NCBI GenBank assembly: GCA_965206345.1
Contig: OZ242211.1
Location: 2,382,419-2,446,418, forward strand
Reading direction: 5' to 3'
From: Arenicellales bacterium
GTDB taxonomy: Bacteria; Pseudomonadota; Gammaproteobacteria; Arenicellales; JAJDZL01
DNA: 64,000 nt
In this document: one piece after another, positions 8,706 to 19,282 of the stretch
Layout of the letters: every line of letters begins with the position of its first letter
Position numbering within the stretch: position 1 is the stretch's first letter
Translations under genes and position numbers: made by a program
Notes under the pieces: model-generated
Databases searched by the model: none
The model's input: only the letters and a program-made list of their open reading frames with translations
Told to the model about the DNA's origin: nothing

Positions 8706-11414
8706 ATGATAGCTAAAACCCTGTCCAAAGTTTTTGGCAGCCGTAATGAGAGGTTGATCAAGGGAATGTCCAAGACGGTTGGTATCATCAACGGTCTTGA
8801 ACCTCAGATGCAGGCATTATCCGATGCTGAACTGGCAGCCAAGACATCTGAACTTAAAAATAAGTTTGCCGACGGCGTTACGGTTGAGGAACTCTTGACA
8901 GAGGCGTTTGCGGTAGTTAGAGAGGCGTCATGTCGAACCCTTAAACTGCGCCACTTTGACGTACAGTTGATCGGTGGAATGGTGTTACATGAAGGCAAAA
9001 TTGCAGAGATGCGTACAGGTGAAGGTAAGACGCTGGTTGCAACCTTGCCGGTTTATCTCAATGCAATCGCCGGTCACTCGGTTCACATCGTTACGGTGAA
9101 CGATTATTTGGCACGCCGAGATGCTGCATGGATGGGAGAGATTTACGACTTTCTCGGCATTTCAGTAGGCGTGGTTGTTCCAGACATGAGCCATGTCGAC
9201 AAACAGGCAGCCTATGCATGTGACGTAGTCTATGGCACGAATAATGAATTTGGGTTTGATTATTTGCGTGACAACATGGCATTTGTTGCTGCGAATCGGG
9301 TTCAGGGAAAACTGACATACGCCATCGTCGACGAAGTTGACTCGATTTTGATCGATGAAGCCAGAACGCCGTTGATCATTTCAGGGGCTGCAGAAGACAG
9401 CACCGCGCTTTATGCGCAGATGAACAGGGTTGTTCCAAATCTTAAGCGGCAGGAAGAAGAGGACGGTCCGGGCGACTACAGCGTCGATGAAAAAACCCGG
9501 CAGGTATATCTGACTGATAAAGGGCACGATAACGCAGAAAAGTATCTGTCGGAAGCAGGTTTGTTGCCAGAAGGAACCGGACTTTACGATTTTTCCAATG
9601 TTGGACTGGTTCATCACCTGACCGCAGCGCTGCGTGCGAATAACCTGTTCACACGCGATGTGGATTACATTGTGCATGAAGGTCAGATAGTTATTGTTGA
9701 TGAATTTACCGGACGTATGCAGCCCGGACGACGCTGGTCTGACGGATTGCATCAAGCGGTTGAAGCAAAGGAAGGGGTGCGAGTACAACGAGAGAATCAG
9801 ACGCTGGCATCGATTACCTTTCAGAACTATTTCAGACTGTATGACCGCCTTGCAGGTATGACGGGTACAGCGGATACCGAAGCGGAAGAATTTCAACAAA
9901 TCTACGGGTTGGAAGTGGTTGTAATACCAACGCACATGGCAATGGTTCGTGAAGATCACGCGGATCTGGTGTATCGCTCCGCGAGCGAAAAGTTCAAGGC
10001 GATCGTCGAAGAAATTTCCGAACGGCGTGACAATAATCAGCCCATCCTGGTCGGCACAGCATCAATTGACACCTCAGAGTATCTTGCTGGACTGTTAAAG
10101 CGGCAAAAAATTCCCCATGAAGTCTTAAATGCCAAGCAGCACGAGCGGGAAGCTAACATCATTGCTCATGCTGGACGTCCAGGTTCTGTAACAATCGCTA
10201 CTAATATGGCGGGGCGTGGCACCGATATCGTGTTGGGTGGCAATCTGGAAATGGAACTGCGCGATGCCGGTGAAAATGCTGGTGCCTCCCGGATAGATGC
10301 AATCCAGTCGGACTGGCAAAAGCGACACGATATGGTTGTCGACGCAGGTGGTCTGCACGTGTTAAGTACCGAAAGGAATGAATCAAGACGTGTGGACAAT
10401 CAGTTAAGAGGCCGTTCAGGTCGGCAAGGTGACCCGGGATCGAGTCGATTCTACCTGTCATTGGAAGACAACTTGTTGAGAATCTTTGCCTCCGACAAGA
10501 TGTCCGGCTTGATGGAAAAGTTTGGACTCGAAGATGGCGAAGCGATTGAACACAACTGGGTTACGAAGGCCATCGAAAACGCGCAGAAAAAGGTTGAAGG
10601 GCGCAACTTTGATATTCGTAAGCAGTTGCTGGAGTTCGATGATGTGGCGAACGAACAGCGAAAGGTTGTTTATGAACAGCGCAATTTCCTGATGGAAAGT
10701 GCGGACGTTACCGACGCAATTGAAGAGATGCGGGCTTTGTATGTTGAGAGCGTCGTTAATTCCTGTCTTTCACCGGACAATAATGACGAGATGTGGGATC
10801 TTGATCTATTGACCAAGGAAATCGAGCAATCATTCAACTCGAGACTACCTGTTGCTGAATGGCTCGAAGCTGAACCGGATTTAAGTCAGGAAAGTTTGGT
10901 GGCAAGAGTGGACGAAGCACTGGCTGAACATTATGTTGCACGAACAGATATCGAACAGGAAGCGGAACTTCGAACCATCGAGAAAGCTCTGATGCTGATG
11001 GTTTTGGACAACTCTTGGAAGGAACACCTTGCGAATATGGATTTTCTCCGTCAAGGGATACATCTTCGCGGCTATGCGCAGAAAAATCCCAAGCAGGAAT
11101 ACAAACGCGAAGCTTTTGAAATGTTCAGCACCATGATGCAGAACGTTGCACACGAAGTCATCAGATTGCTGTTTCGACTTGAAATCAAACCGAGTGAAGA
11201 CGTTGAGCGAATCACACAACGCGAGTCTCAGACCACACAGAAACTGCAATATTTACACTCCCAGTCAGAGTCAGCGTTAGACGGCGGAGCGGTTCCAAAT
11301 CGACAGCCAGAAGTTACCACATTCGTCCGGGAAGAGCGGAAAATTGGACGAAATGAACCCTGTCCCTGCGGTTCAGGAAAGAAATACAAACGATGTTGCG
11401 GAAAGGCTGCCTGA
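8706..11414 (+). CDS. secA: Preprotein translocase ATPase SecA
   Basis: MRTGEGKT, IVDEVDSILIDEARTPLIISG and C-terminal CPCGSGKKYKRCCG zinc finger. Confidence 0.99.
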   Translation: MIAKTLSKVFGSRNERLIKGMSKTVGIINGLEPQMQALSDAELAAKTSELKNKFADGVTVEELLTEAFAVVREASCRTLKLRHFDVQLIGGMVLHEGKIAEMRTGEGKTLVATLPVYLNAIAGHSVHIVTVNDYLARRDAAWMGEIYDFLGISVGVVVPDMSHVDKQAAYACDVVYGTNNEFGFDYLRDNMAFVAANRVQGKLTYAIVDEVDSILIDEARTPLIISGAAEDSTALYAQMNRVVPNLKRQEEEDGPGDYSVDEKTRQVYLTDKGHDNAEKYLSEAGLLPEGTGLYDFSNVGLVHHLTAALRANNLFTRDVDYIVHEGQIVIVDEFTGRMQPGRRWSDGLHQAVEAKEGVRVQRENQTLASITFQNYFRLYDRLAGMTGTADTEAEEFQQIYGLEVVVIPTHMAMVREDHADLVYRSASEKFKAIVEEISERRDNNQPILVGTASIDTSEYLAGLLKRQKIPHEVLNAKQHEREANIIAHAGRPGSVTIATNMAGRGTDIVLGGNLEMELRDAGENAGASRIDAIQSDWQKRHDMVVDAGGLHVLSTERNESRRVDNQLRGRSGRQGDPGSSRFYLSLEDNLLRIFASDKMSGLMEKFGLEDGEAIEHNWVTKAIENAQKKVEGRNFDIRKQLLEFDDVANEQRKVVYEQRNFLMESADVTDAIEEMRALYVESVVNSCLSPDNNDEMWDLDLLTKEIEQSFNSRLPVAEWLEAEPDLSQESLVARVDEALAEHYVARTDIEQEAELRTIEKALMLMVLDNSWKEHLANMDFLRQGIHLRGYAQKNPKQEYKREAFEMFSTMMQNVAHEVIRLLFRLEIKPSEDVERITQRESQTTQKLQYLHSQSESALDGGAVPNRQPEVTTFVREERKIGRNEPCPCGSGKKYKRCCGKAA

Positions 11415-11417
11415 ATT

Positions 11418-12665
11418 ATGGCAGTTAATCTGACTTCACCGTCTTCAATTCGGCCAGTGCAAGGCATCAGGATAGGCGCTGTGGATGCTGGAATCCGAAA
11501 GTCATCAGGCGAAGACTTGGTTGTCTTCGCAGTACCGGAGACAGCGACTATTGCAGGTGTATTTACTCAAAACAAGGCCCGAGCGGCACCGGTTGAAGTC
11601 GCGATTAATCACCTCAAATCCGCAGGAGCGCGACATTCCGGTGTGAATCGTGCTCTCGTAATCAATAGCGGCAACGCGAATGCAGGACTAGGCGCCCAAG
11701 GAATAGAAGACTGTTTGGCAATCTGCGACATGGTGGCTGCTGAATTGAATATTACCCAAAATGCTGTTCTTCCTTTTTCGACCGGTGTTATTGGAGAGCG
11801 TCTGCCACTTGAGAAGTTTTCCACCCACCTAAGTGAATGTATTGCCACACTCTGCCAAGACAATTGGGTGGCAGCATCCCGAGGCATTTTGACGACGGAT
11901 ACTGTTCCGAAGGCGGCGTCGAGAACAATTGAACTGAGTGGTGGAGAACGTGTTGTGATTTCTGGAATTGCAAAAGGGTCAGGGATGATTGAGCCAAACA
12001 TGGCAACCATGCTAGCGTTTCTCGCCACCGACGCTAAGGTTGATTCCGCTTATCTGCAGACTGTTCTTGAGAGTGCGGTTGATGAAAGCTTCAATTGCAT
12101 TACAGTTGATAGCGATACTTCCACCAATGATGCGTGTATGCTTATAGCTACTGCCGAATCTGGAATTGAAATCAGTGAACACTCTGACTCACGAGTGAAG
12201 GAACTGTTTAATAGTTCAGTACGCGAGGTCGCAACACAGCTTGCCCAAGCTATCGTCAGAGACGGTGAAGGTGCGTCCAAATTCATAACGATTCGCGTTA
12301 CTGGGGGCATATCCCAAACAGACTGTAGAGCGGTTGCTAAAACTGTGGCTAATTCACCTCTGGTTAAAACTGCGCTGCACGCTTCAGACCCCAATTGGGG
12401 ACGAATCTACGCAGCCATCGGGCGTGCTCCGGTTGAAAATTTGCACTTGGACCGTGTCAACATCAATATCAACGATGTCGTAGTGATGTCAGAGGGTAAG
12501 TTGAACCCTGATTATCGGGAAGCGGAGGCGGCCGCAGCAATGAAAGACGCAGAAATTTCCATCGGAATTGATCTTGGAATTGGCCAGTCAGAAGAGTCGG
12601 CTACCGTCTGGACGACTGATTTCAGTTACGAATACATTCGCATCAATGCCGAATATAGAACCTGA
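11418..12665 (+). CDS. argJ: Bifunctional glutamate N-acetyltransferase / amino-acid acetyltransferase
   Basis: NSGNANA, KGSGMIEPNMATML (autoprocessing Thr), DTSTND and DPNWGR motifs. Confidence 0.96.
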   Translation: MAVNLTSPSSIRPVQGIRIGAVDAGIRKSSGEDLVVFAVPETATIAGVFTQNKARAAPVEVAINHLKSAGARHSGVNRALVINSGNANAGLGAQGIEDCLAICDMVAAELNITQNAVLPFSTGVIGERLPLEKFSTHLSECIATLCQDNWVAASRGILTTDTVPKAASRTIELSGGERVVISGIAKGSGMIEPNMATMLAFLATDAKVDSAYLQTVLESAVDESFNCITVDSDTSTNDACMLIATAESGIEISEHSDSRVKELFNSSVREVATQLAQAIVRDGEGASKFITIRVTGGISQTDCRAVAKTVANSPLVKTALHASDPNWGRIYAAIGRAPVENLHLDRVNININDVVVMSEGKLNPDYREAEAAAAMKDAEISIGIDLGIGQSEESATVWTTDFSYEYIRINAEYRT

Positions 12666-13083
12666 TAGAATCCGCGTTGCAGTTGGTCTGGTACTTGATT
12701 CTCAGCGCCGCGTACTCATTGGTTGCCGTACCGTACCAGATCAGTATTTTGGGAAGTGGGAATTCCCAGGTGGGAAGATTCAAAATGGTGAATCGGTATC
12801 GGATGCCTTGAAACGAGAGCTCGATGAAGAGATTGGAATTTCGGTAATTTCCTCTACGCACTTTGACAGTTTTAACTATGATTATCCCGACCGAAAAGTG
12901 AGGCTTAATTTCCGGCTGGTAGAACGCTATTCTGGAGAACCAAATAGTCTTGAGCAGCAGGACTTACGCTGGGTTGAAATCAACGACTTGGGCAGGTTTG
13001 ACATGCTTGCACCAAACACTAGAATCATTGAACAATTGAAGATATTAAACAGGCAGGCTGCGGATGGCGAAATCTCCATTTAA
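12646..13083 (+). CDS. mutT: 8-oxo-dGTP diphosphatase (NUDIX hydrolase)
   Basis: WEFPGGKIQNGESVSDALKRELDEEIG NUDIX box. The ATG at 12646 is in frame with the listed ORF; secA-argJ-mutT synteny. Confidence 0.85.
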   Translation: MPNIEPDRIRVAVGLVLDSQRRVLIGCRTVPDQYFGKWEFPGGKIQNGESVSDALKRELDEEIGISVISSTHFDSFNYDYPDRKVRLNFRLVERYSGEPNSLEQQDLRWVEINDLGRFDMLAPNTRIIEQLKILNRQAADGEISI

Positions 13084-14335
13084 ACGTTATTCCGGTTTCT
13101 CCCTGTTTCGAAATGCGCTGTCGAACCATCGCAAATGGCCGCGGGCCTGGCGCGACCCGGAACCTAAAAATTCTTACGATGTCATCATTATCGGTGCCGG
13201 TGGTCACGGTTTAGCAACTGCCTACTACCTGGCCAAACTGCATGGTGTCAAGAATATAGCGGTTTTGGAAAAGGGCTGGTTAGGCGGCGGCAACACCGGA
13301 CGCAATACCACGATAGTACGGTCCAATTACATTTTGGATGGTAACGCCAATTTTTACGAGCATTCACTCAAGCTGTGGGAAGGGCTATCGAAGGACCTGA
13401 ACTACAACGTCATGTTCAGCCAGCGTGGTGTGTTGAATCTGGCACATAGTGATTCTGAAATGGAATCTTTTGCGATACGCGGAAATGCAATGCGGCTAAA
13501 TGGAATCGATGCCGAACTGTTGTTGCCTGATCAGATACGACAGATGGTGCCGCACCTTGATTGTTCTCAAACAACTCGTTATCCAATATTTGGCGGGCTG
13601 TTGCAGGAACGGGGAGGTACTGCAAGACACGATGCAGTTGCCTGGGGGTATGCCCGAGGTGCTGATGCACTCGGAGTCGATATTATTCAAAACTGTGAAG
13701 TCTCCGCTATACGCGTTAAGAATAACCGTGTGATTGGTGTTGACACAAACCGAGGGTCGATTGATGCTCCAAAGGTGGGCTTGGCAGTAGCCGGAAATTC
13801 GAGTCGACTGGCCGCTATGGCAGGACTTAAACTGCCAATCGAATCTCACGTGCTGCAGGCAATGGTGACTGAACCACTCAAGCCAATTATTCACACAGTG
13901 GTGACATCTGGTGCCTCGCATGTTTATGTCAACCAGACCGACAAGGGTGAGGTGCTGTTTGGCGGTGACCTCGACCTTTACAATTCATACGCCCAACGCG
14001 GCAATCTGCCAAGAATCGAGTATGTTGTACAGTCGGTTCTGACTCTTTTTCCCTGTTTGCGGCGCGTGCGTCTCATGCGTACCTGGGGTGGTGTTATGGA
14101 CATGTCAATGGACGGAAGCCCGATCATTGGTAAGTTGCCGATTGATGGGATGTACCTTAACGGTGGCTGGTGTTATGGCGGCTTTAAAGCCACCCCCGGG
14201 TCTGGATGGTGCTTTGCCCATACGATTGCGAATGATGAACCCCATGAACTGAACGTAGCACTTAGCCTTGAAAGATTTGAGACTGGTGCGCTGTTGGATG
14301 AAAAGGGCAGTGGAGCATTCGCTTTTTCCCACTGA
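13064..14335 (+). CDS. soxB: Heterotetrameric sarcosine oxidase family, beta subunit
   Basis: IIGAGGHG, GGGNTGRNTTIVRSNY, ARHDAVAWGY and WCYGGFKATP motifs. Confidence 0.93.
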   Translation: MAKSPFKRYSGFSLFRNALSNHRKWPRAWRDPEPKNSYDVIIIGAGGHGLATAYYLAKLHGVKNIAVLEKGWLGGGNTGRNTTIVRSNYILDGNANFYEHSLKLWEGLSKDLNYNVMFSQRGVLNLAHSDSEMESFAIRGNAMRLNGIDAELLLPDQIRQMVPHLDCSQTTRYPIFGGLLQERGGTARHDAVAWGYARGADALGVDIIQNCEVSAIRVKNNRVIGVDTNRGSIDAPKVGLAVAGNSSRLAAMAGLKLPIESHVLQAMVTEPLKPIIHTVVTSGASHVYVNQTDKGEVLFGGDLDLYNSYAQRGNLPRIEYVVQSVLTLFPCLRRVRLMRTWGGVMDMSMDGSPIIGKLPIDGMYLNGGWCYGGFKATPGSGWCFAHTIANDEPHELNVALSLERFETGALLDEKGSGAFAFSH

Positions 14336-14367
14336 CTCTATAGACAGAATACAAGAACGGCTCACGT

Positions 14368-14625
14368 ATGCTATTAATTCCATGTCCCTGGTGTGGTAAA
14401 CGGGCTCAAACCGAGTTCACTTACCGCGGTGATGCGACCATTGAGCGACCTGACCTGGCAGACAGCGATACTCAATGGTATGACTACGTCTACACCCGGG
14501 ACAATCCCCGTGGTGAGCACACCGAGTGGTGGCACCATACCGGCGGCTGTCGAAAATGGTTCAAAGTGCGTCGTAATACTTGGACTCATGAAGTAATATC
14601 AAGCGAACCCCCGGTTCGAGACTAA
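14368..14625 (+). CDS. soxD: Sarcosine oxidase family, delta subunit
   Basis: CPWCG ... HTGGCRKW zinc ligands and RDNPRG. Confidence 0.92.
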   Translation: MLLIPCPWCGKRAQTEFTYRGDATIERPDLADSDTQWYDYVYTRDNPRGEHTEWWHHTGGCRKWFKVRRNTWTHEVISSEPPVRD

Positions 14626-14649
14626 CGCGAACAGGAACTGACAAGACAA

Positions 14650-17637
14650 ATGGGTGCTTTTAGAAATTCCTCCGGCGGTACATTGGATCGAACTCAACGG
14701 ATTCGGTTCCGGTTTGACGGTAAGCAATACTCTGGATTTCAAGGCGATACACTCGCCTCAGCACTGTTGGCAAATGGTGTGCGAGTGGTGGGACGAAGTT
14801 TCAAGTATCACAGGCCCCGCGGCGTATTCGGAATGGGTGTTGAAGAGCCCAGCGCAATGGTGCGTTTACGTACTGGAGCAAGGGCAGAACCTAATGTCCG
14901 AGTAACCGAAGTTGAACTTTTCGATGGCCTGGTAGCGCATTCCCAGCATTGCTGGCCTTCCGTAAACTTTGATCTTGGCGCCATCGCCAATGTCATGTCA
15001 CCCTTGTTGCCGGCTGGGTTCTACTACAAGACCTTTATGTGGCCAGCGACTAAGTGGATGTTTTACGAACACTTTATTCGCAAGGCAGCGGGGTTCGGCA
15101 GGTCAGCGACTGAACCTGACCCGGACAACTATTCAAGGTCTTATGAGTTTTGTGATGTTCTGATTGTCGGTGCCGGACCTGCCGGATTGTCTGCCGCACT
15201 GTCGGCGGCCTCTAGTGGTGCCAAAGCAATGCTGGTTGACGAAACGCCGGATGGCGGTGGCAGGCTCAGATTCGATGACGAAGTGATTAATGACGAGCCT
15301 GCGGACAAGTGGTTGAATGAGACACTGCGTGAGCTGTCGAAATTGCCGAATTTTGAATTTCGCTTTCGAACAACTGCTTTCGGCTACTATGATCAGAACA
15401 TGGTCGCTGCTCTGGAACGGGTTTCAGACCACTTGTCAGAACCGGAACCAGGACAGGTCCGTCAGCGCCTTCTACAAATTCGAGCGAAGCAGGTGGTTCT
15501 CGCCAGCGGCGCAATCGAACGTTCGATTCCTTTTGGATATAACGATAAGCCAGGTGTCATGCTGGCATCGGCAGTACGAGGTTATGCACAGAAGTATGCC
15601 GTGGCTTGTGGTAGGCGAGCTGTAGTGTTTACCAACAATGACAGTGCCTATGCGACAGTCGCTGCACTTCACTCGGTCGGTGCTAAAGTTACCGCAGTGG
15701 TTGACTCTCGTACACAGTCTCCTGGCAATCGAGCACTTGAACAACTTGGTGATACAAAGTTGATTCAGGGCTCAGTTGTGATGAAGACCAAAGGTCTGCG
15801 CTCGGTTCAGGCGGTCGAAATCGGACAGATAACCAGTGAAGGTGAATCACCAAAGAAATCGCACGTGATTCGATGTGATTTGGTGTGTGTATCTGGTGGC
15901 TGGACACCGACGGTACATTTATTTTCACATGCCCAGGGAAAACTAAAATTCGACGATTCCATCGGTGCCTTCGTTCCGGGAGCTGACCTTCCGGCTTTGC
16001 ATATCGCTGGCAGTGCAAACGGCGAGTTTTCACTGGCAGCATGTCTTCGGCAGGGTAGTGATGCGGGAATTGAAAGTGCGAAACAGGCGGGATATGAAAT
16101 TACCGCATCAGTCTCAATTCCGACCTCACCGGAGGAGTCCATAGGCGACTTGGAACCGTTATGGGGCGTACCTCGAACGGGGAGTACAGTCAAGCGATTT
16201 GTCGACATTCAAAATGACGTCACAATTGATGACATTGAACTTGCGCACACGGAGGGTTTTGTTTCAGTTGAACATCTCAAGCGATATACCACGCTTGGCA
16301 TGGGTACTGATCAGGGTCGAACCAGCAATATCAATGGATTGGCCAACCTAGCCCGGCTGCGAGAAGCAGAAGTTCCCGAAGTTGGACACACGACATTCCG
16401 TCCGCCATATACACCTGTATCGCTGGGTGCGCTTGCTGGAATTGACTTTGGCGAACATTTAAGCCCAGTACGACGCACACCACTCCACCAATGGCATGAA
16501 CGTAATCATGCTCACCTGCAAAATTCCGGGGTATGGAAACGTCCTGCTTACTATCCTCGAACAGGTGAAAGCGTACAGGACGCCATCTTGCGAGAAACCA
16601 AACACGTAAGGGAAAAAGTCGGGATTACAGATGTTTCTTCTTTGGGAAAAATCGATGTTCAGGGACGTGATGCGGCTGAATTTTTGGAGCGAATATATAT
16701 CAATCGATGGAAATCTCTGCAGATTGGCCGCTGTCGGTATGGACTGATGCTGCGAGAAGACGGGTTTGTATTTGATGATGGGACTTCGACCCGCCTGTCG
16801 GAAAATGAATTTTACATGACCACCACAACTGCGAATGCCGGACCGGTTCTGGAGCACATGGAAATTTATGCACAAACTGTGTGGCCGGATTTACATGTTC
16901 ATCTTACCTCGATTTCTGACCAGTGGGCTGGAATGGCACTCGCCGGTCCATTCAGTCGAAATGTTCTAAGCTCTTTGATTGGTGAGCAGGCGGCTAGTAA
17001 TGAGAACCTGCCATACATGGGCGTCATCAAAGCACGAATTGCCGATGTGCTGGTTTTGGTTTTTCGTGTGAGCTTTTCTGGTGAACTCGGGTACGAAATT
17101 CACATGCCTTCCAGGCAGGCCGAACTGATTTGGGAGACGATTCTGGCCGCCGGACAGGAATGGGAGATTGCTCCCTATGGTTTGGAAGCAATGACCATTC
17201 TTCGAATTGAAAAAGGGCATGTTGTTGCTGCAGAACTTGATGGTCGCACAACAGCAGCCGACTTGGGGTTTGGGCGAATGATGAAACCTGATGGCGACTA
17301 TGTTGGCAAACGGCTGGCTGAACGAGGTGCTTTGACAGCTAATGGACGAAAGCAGTTGGTAGGCATCAAGTCCATTGATAGCAGTCCAATTCCGCGTGGT
17401 GCCCAGATCATCGCTGAACCCAGCGGCGGAAAGTCAACGCAGACTTTTGGACAGGTCACTTCTGCGTGTTTCAGCCCGCACCTTAACCGGGAAATTGGTC
17501 TCGCACTTATTAAGGATGCGCGTCTGATTTACGGGAAAACAATGTACGCTGCTTCACCCTTGACCGGACGGGAAGTACCGGTTGAAGTTGTTCATCATAT
17601 CTTTATTGATCCCGAAGGTGAACGAGTCCGTGGCTAA
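14650..17637 (+). CDS. soxA: Sarcosine oxidase family, alpha subunit
   Basis: GRSFKYHRPRG, GFYYKTFMWP, HLKRYTTLGMGTDQG and a C-terminal GcvT-like folate-binding domain. Confidence 0.94.
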   Translation: MGAFRNSSGGTLDRTQRIRFRFDGKQYSGFQGDTLASALLANGVRVVGRSFKYHRPRGVFGMGVEEPSAMVRLRTGARAEPNVRVTEVELFDGLVAHSQHCWPSVNFDLGAIANVMSPLLPAGFYYKTFMWPATKWMFYEHFIRKAAGFGRSATEPDPDNYSRSYEFCDVLIVGAGPAGLSAALSAASSGAKAMLVDETPDGGGRLRFDDEVINDEPADKWLNETLRELSKLPNFEFRFRTTAFGYYDQNMVAALERVSDHLSEPEPGQVRQRLLQIRAKQVVLASGAIERSIPFGYNDKPGVMLASAVRGYAQKYAVACGRRAVVFTNNDSAYATVAALHSVGAKVTAVVDSRTQSPGNRALEQLGDTKLIQGSVVMKTKGLRSVQAVEIGQITSEGESPKKSHVIRCDLVCVSGGWTPTVHLFSHAQGKLKFDDSIGAFVPGADLPALHIAGSANGEFSLAACLRQGSDAGIESAKQAGYEITASVSIPTSPEESIGDLEPLWGVPRTGSTVKRFVDIQNDVTIDDIELAHTEGFVSVEHLKRYTTLGMGTDQGRTSNINGLANLARLREAEVPEVGHTTFRPPYTPVSLGALAGIDFGEHLSPVRRTPLHQWHERNHAHLQNSGVWKRPAYYPRTGESVQDAILRETKHVREKVGITDVSSLGKIDVQGRDAAEFLERIYINRWKSLQIGRCRYGLMLREDGFVFDDGTSTRLSENEFYMTTTTANAGPVLEHMEIYAQTVWPDLHVHLTSISDQWAGMALAGPFSRNVLSSLIGEQAASNENLPYMGVIKARIADVLVLVFRVSFSGELGYEIHMPSRQAELIWETILAAGQEWEIAPYGLEAMTILRIEKGHVVAAELDGRTTAADLGFGRMMKPDGDYVGKRLAERGALTANGRKQLVGIKSIDSSPIPRGAQIIAEPSGGKSTQTFGQVTSACFSPHLNREIGLALIKDARLIYGKTMYAASPLTGREVPVEVVHHIFIDPEGERVRG

Positions 17638-18151
17638 TCGAAAGTCAATTCCAAGTGTCCTTGTACTTGAGATTGAATTCAGTCTGTTGTATCAGGTGCA
17701 TGGGCTGACAACTGAAAGTTGTGGTAATCGGCTGAACGAATTTGGAGTTCTTTTATTGCCGGCTTATGGAAGGTCTGTAGCAGGTGATGATTTCGAAATA
17801 CTAAGCAATGGCCCCGGAATGTGGATGGTTCAGTCGCGAAAAAGGGATAGCGAAATGACATTGGTGCGCTTGCGAGAATTGCTGGCTGACACAGACGCAA
17901 GTGTTACGGATCTGTCGTCTGCAAGATTGACTGTTCAAGTGTCAGGTGTTTCAAGTCGGACGTTTCTAAAGAAAGGTTGTCCAGCTGACATCGACTCGCT
18001 GGTATCGGGTGACGTAATTTCGAGCGTTATCGGTCATTTAGGTGCAACCATTCATTGCATGGGCGACGATTTTATTGTCTATGTATTGCAGAGTTTTGGG
18101 ACCGATTTCTGGGAATGGTGTCGTCTGAGCGCAATGGAATTCAACATGTGA
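17630..18151 (+). CDS. soxG: Sarcosine oxidase family, gamma subunit
   Basis: GTG start overlapping the soxA stop; GPGMWMV, TDLSSARL and KGCPADI motifs. Confidence 0.8.
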   Translation: MANRKSIPSVLVLEIEFSLLYQVHGLTTESCGNRLNEFGVLLLPAYGRSVAGDDFEILSNGPGMWMVQSRKRDSEMTLVRLRELLADTDASVTDLSSARLTVQVSGVSSRTFLKKGCPADIDSLVSGDVISSVIGHLGATIHCMGDDFIVYVLQSFGTDFWEWCRLSAMEFNM

Positions 18152-18412
18152 GCAAAGCTCGCCTCAGCACACTGGTTTACATTGGGTTTTCGAAATCTGT
18201 TGACTTGCCAAGGCCAATGCCGCATTCAATGCTCTAAGAGAGGGAGAATTCCTCTTTCTGAAAAATTCTGACAATTACTTCCCGTTCAGTTCGTAGTTCA
18301 CCCCTCGCTAAAAGCTCTCTTGATAGGTGTTACTGCCCCTACTACACCGGACGGAATGTTGTGCAGTTTCAATCCTTGCCAGTGAACCTGATTACAGACA
18401 TTGAATATTGAA

Positions 18413-19282
18413 TTAGCAAATCGCGTGACAGAGTCGAAAAGTCGGTGTGAGTCTTTGCGAAGCCGGCATCTTTGAGAAGTATTGCAGGTTGATTGTGTCC
18501 GTATCTGGAATATCGGTACTGCTATACCCGCAGTCAAGTGCTAAGTCAGATAATTCATCGGGGGAAAAGTGTGTGAGAAACGGTTCACCTCGTCTCGCAA
18601 CGAATTTCGTCAACTTGTGATAAGCCACAGTCCACTCGTTGGGCACTAAATGGGGCGATATTCGAAAATCGAAGAAAATTGCTGAGCCTTCTATCGAGTT
18701 ATCGGCAACGCTCTGCAAAGTCTGCACAATGGTTTCGCGAGGGAGGTAGTAAGTTACTCCAAACCAGGAGAAGGCAGTTTGCTTTGTGGCATCAAAGCCA
18801 TTCTCTTTTAGGGCTGTAAATAGAGGCACTTCATTTAAGTCTGAGTCGATGTAACGTACATTTTTCGGTATCGGGATACCATGTTCTGCCATCCTTCTAA
18901 ATTTTTCGTTTTGAGTTCCTGGTTGATCGAGTTCAAACACAGTTATTCGATCTTGCAGATCTGTTCTTCGCATCGCAAAAGAATCGTAACCTGCACCGAT
19001 GATCACATACTGTTCCACTCCTTGTTCGATCATTGAATCAACGATGTCTTCACAATAGCGTGCTCGGGTAGCAACCCAGGGTGCTAGGGGGAGAATATCC
19101 TTGAGCATAACATTGATCACGAACCAGCTCAAAAACTTAGAACCTAAAATTCTCCTCCAACCGCTTCCGCATAATTGAATTGCGAATGGGTCCACGAATA
19201 TGGGCGGATCATAAGTCTTCAAATGGCGAGCCCGTGTTGCAGCAACGATATCTGCTGTTTTACTAGGTTTTGACGCGTCCAT
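18413..19282 (-). CDS. Class I SAM-dependent methyltransferase (LCM/TIGR00027-like)
   Basis: TADIVAATRA, FVDPFA, QYVIIGAGYDSFA and VFELDQP motifs. Confidence 0.85.
   Translation of the reverse strand: MDASKPSKTADIVAATRARHLKTYDPPIFVDPFAIQLCGSGWRRILGSKFLSWFVINVMLKDILPLAPWVATRARYCEDIVDSMIEQGVEQYVIIGAGYDSFAMRRTDLQDRITVFELDQPGTQNEKFRRMAEHGIPIPKNVRYIDSDLNEVPLFTALKENGFDATKQTAFSWFGVTYYLPRETIVQTLQSVADNSIEGSAIFFDFRISPHLVPNEWTVAYHKLTKFVARRGEPFLTHFSPDELSDLALDCGYSSTDIPDTDTINLQYFSKMPASQRLTPTFRLCHAIC

Noticed and set aside
13064-18151. Sulfur-oxidation Sox system, or N-methylglutamate dehydrogenase
   Set aside because: The motifs are those of flavin/folate sarcosine oxidase, not thiosulfate Sox proteins. 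MgdABCD is homologous and cannot be strictly excluded, but no gmaS/mgs genes are adjacent.
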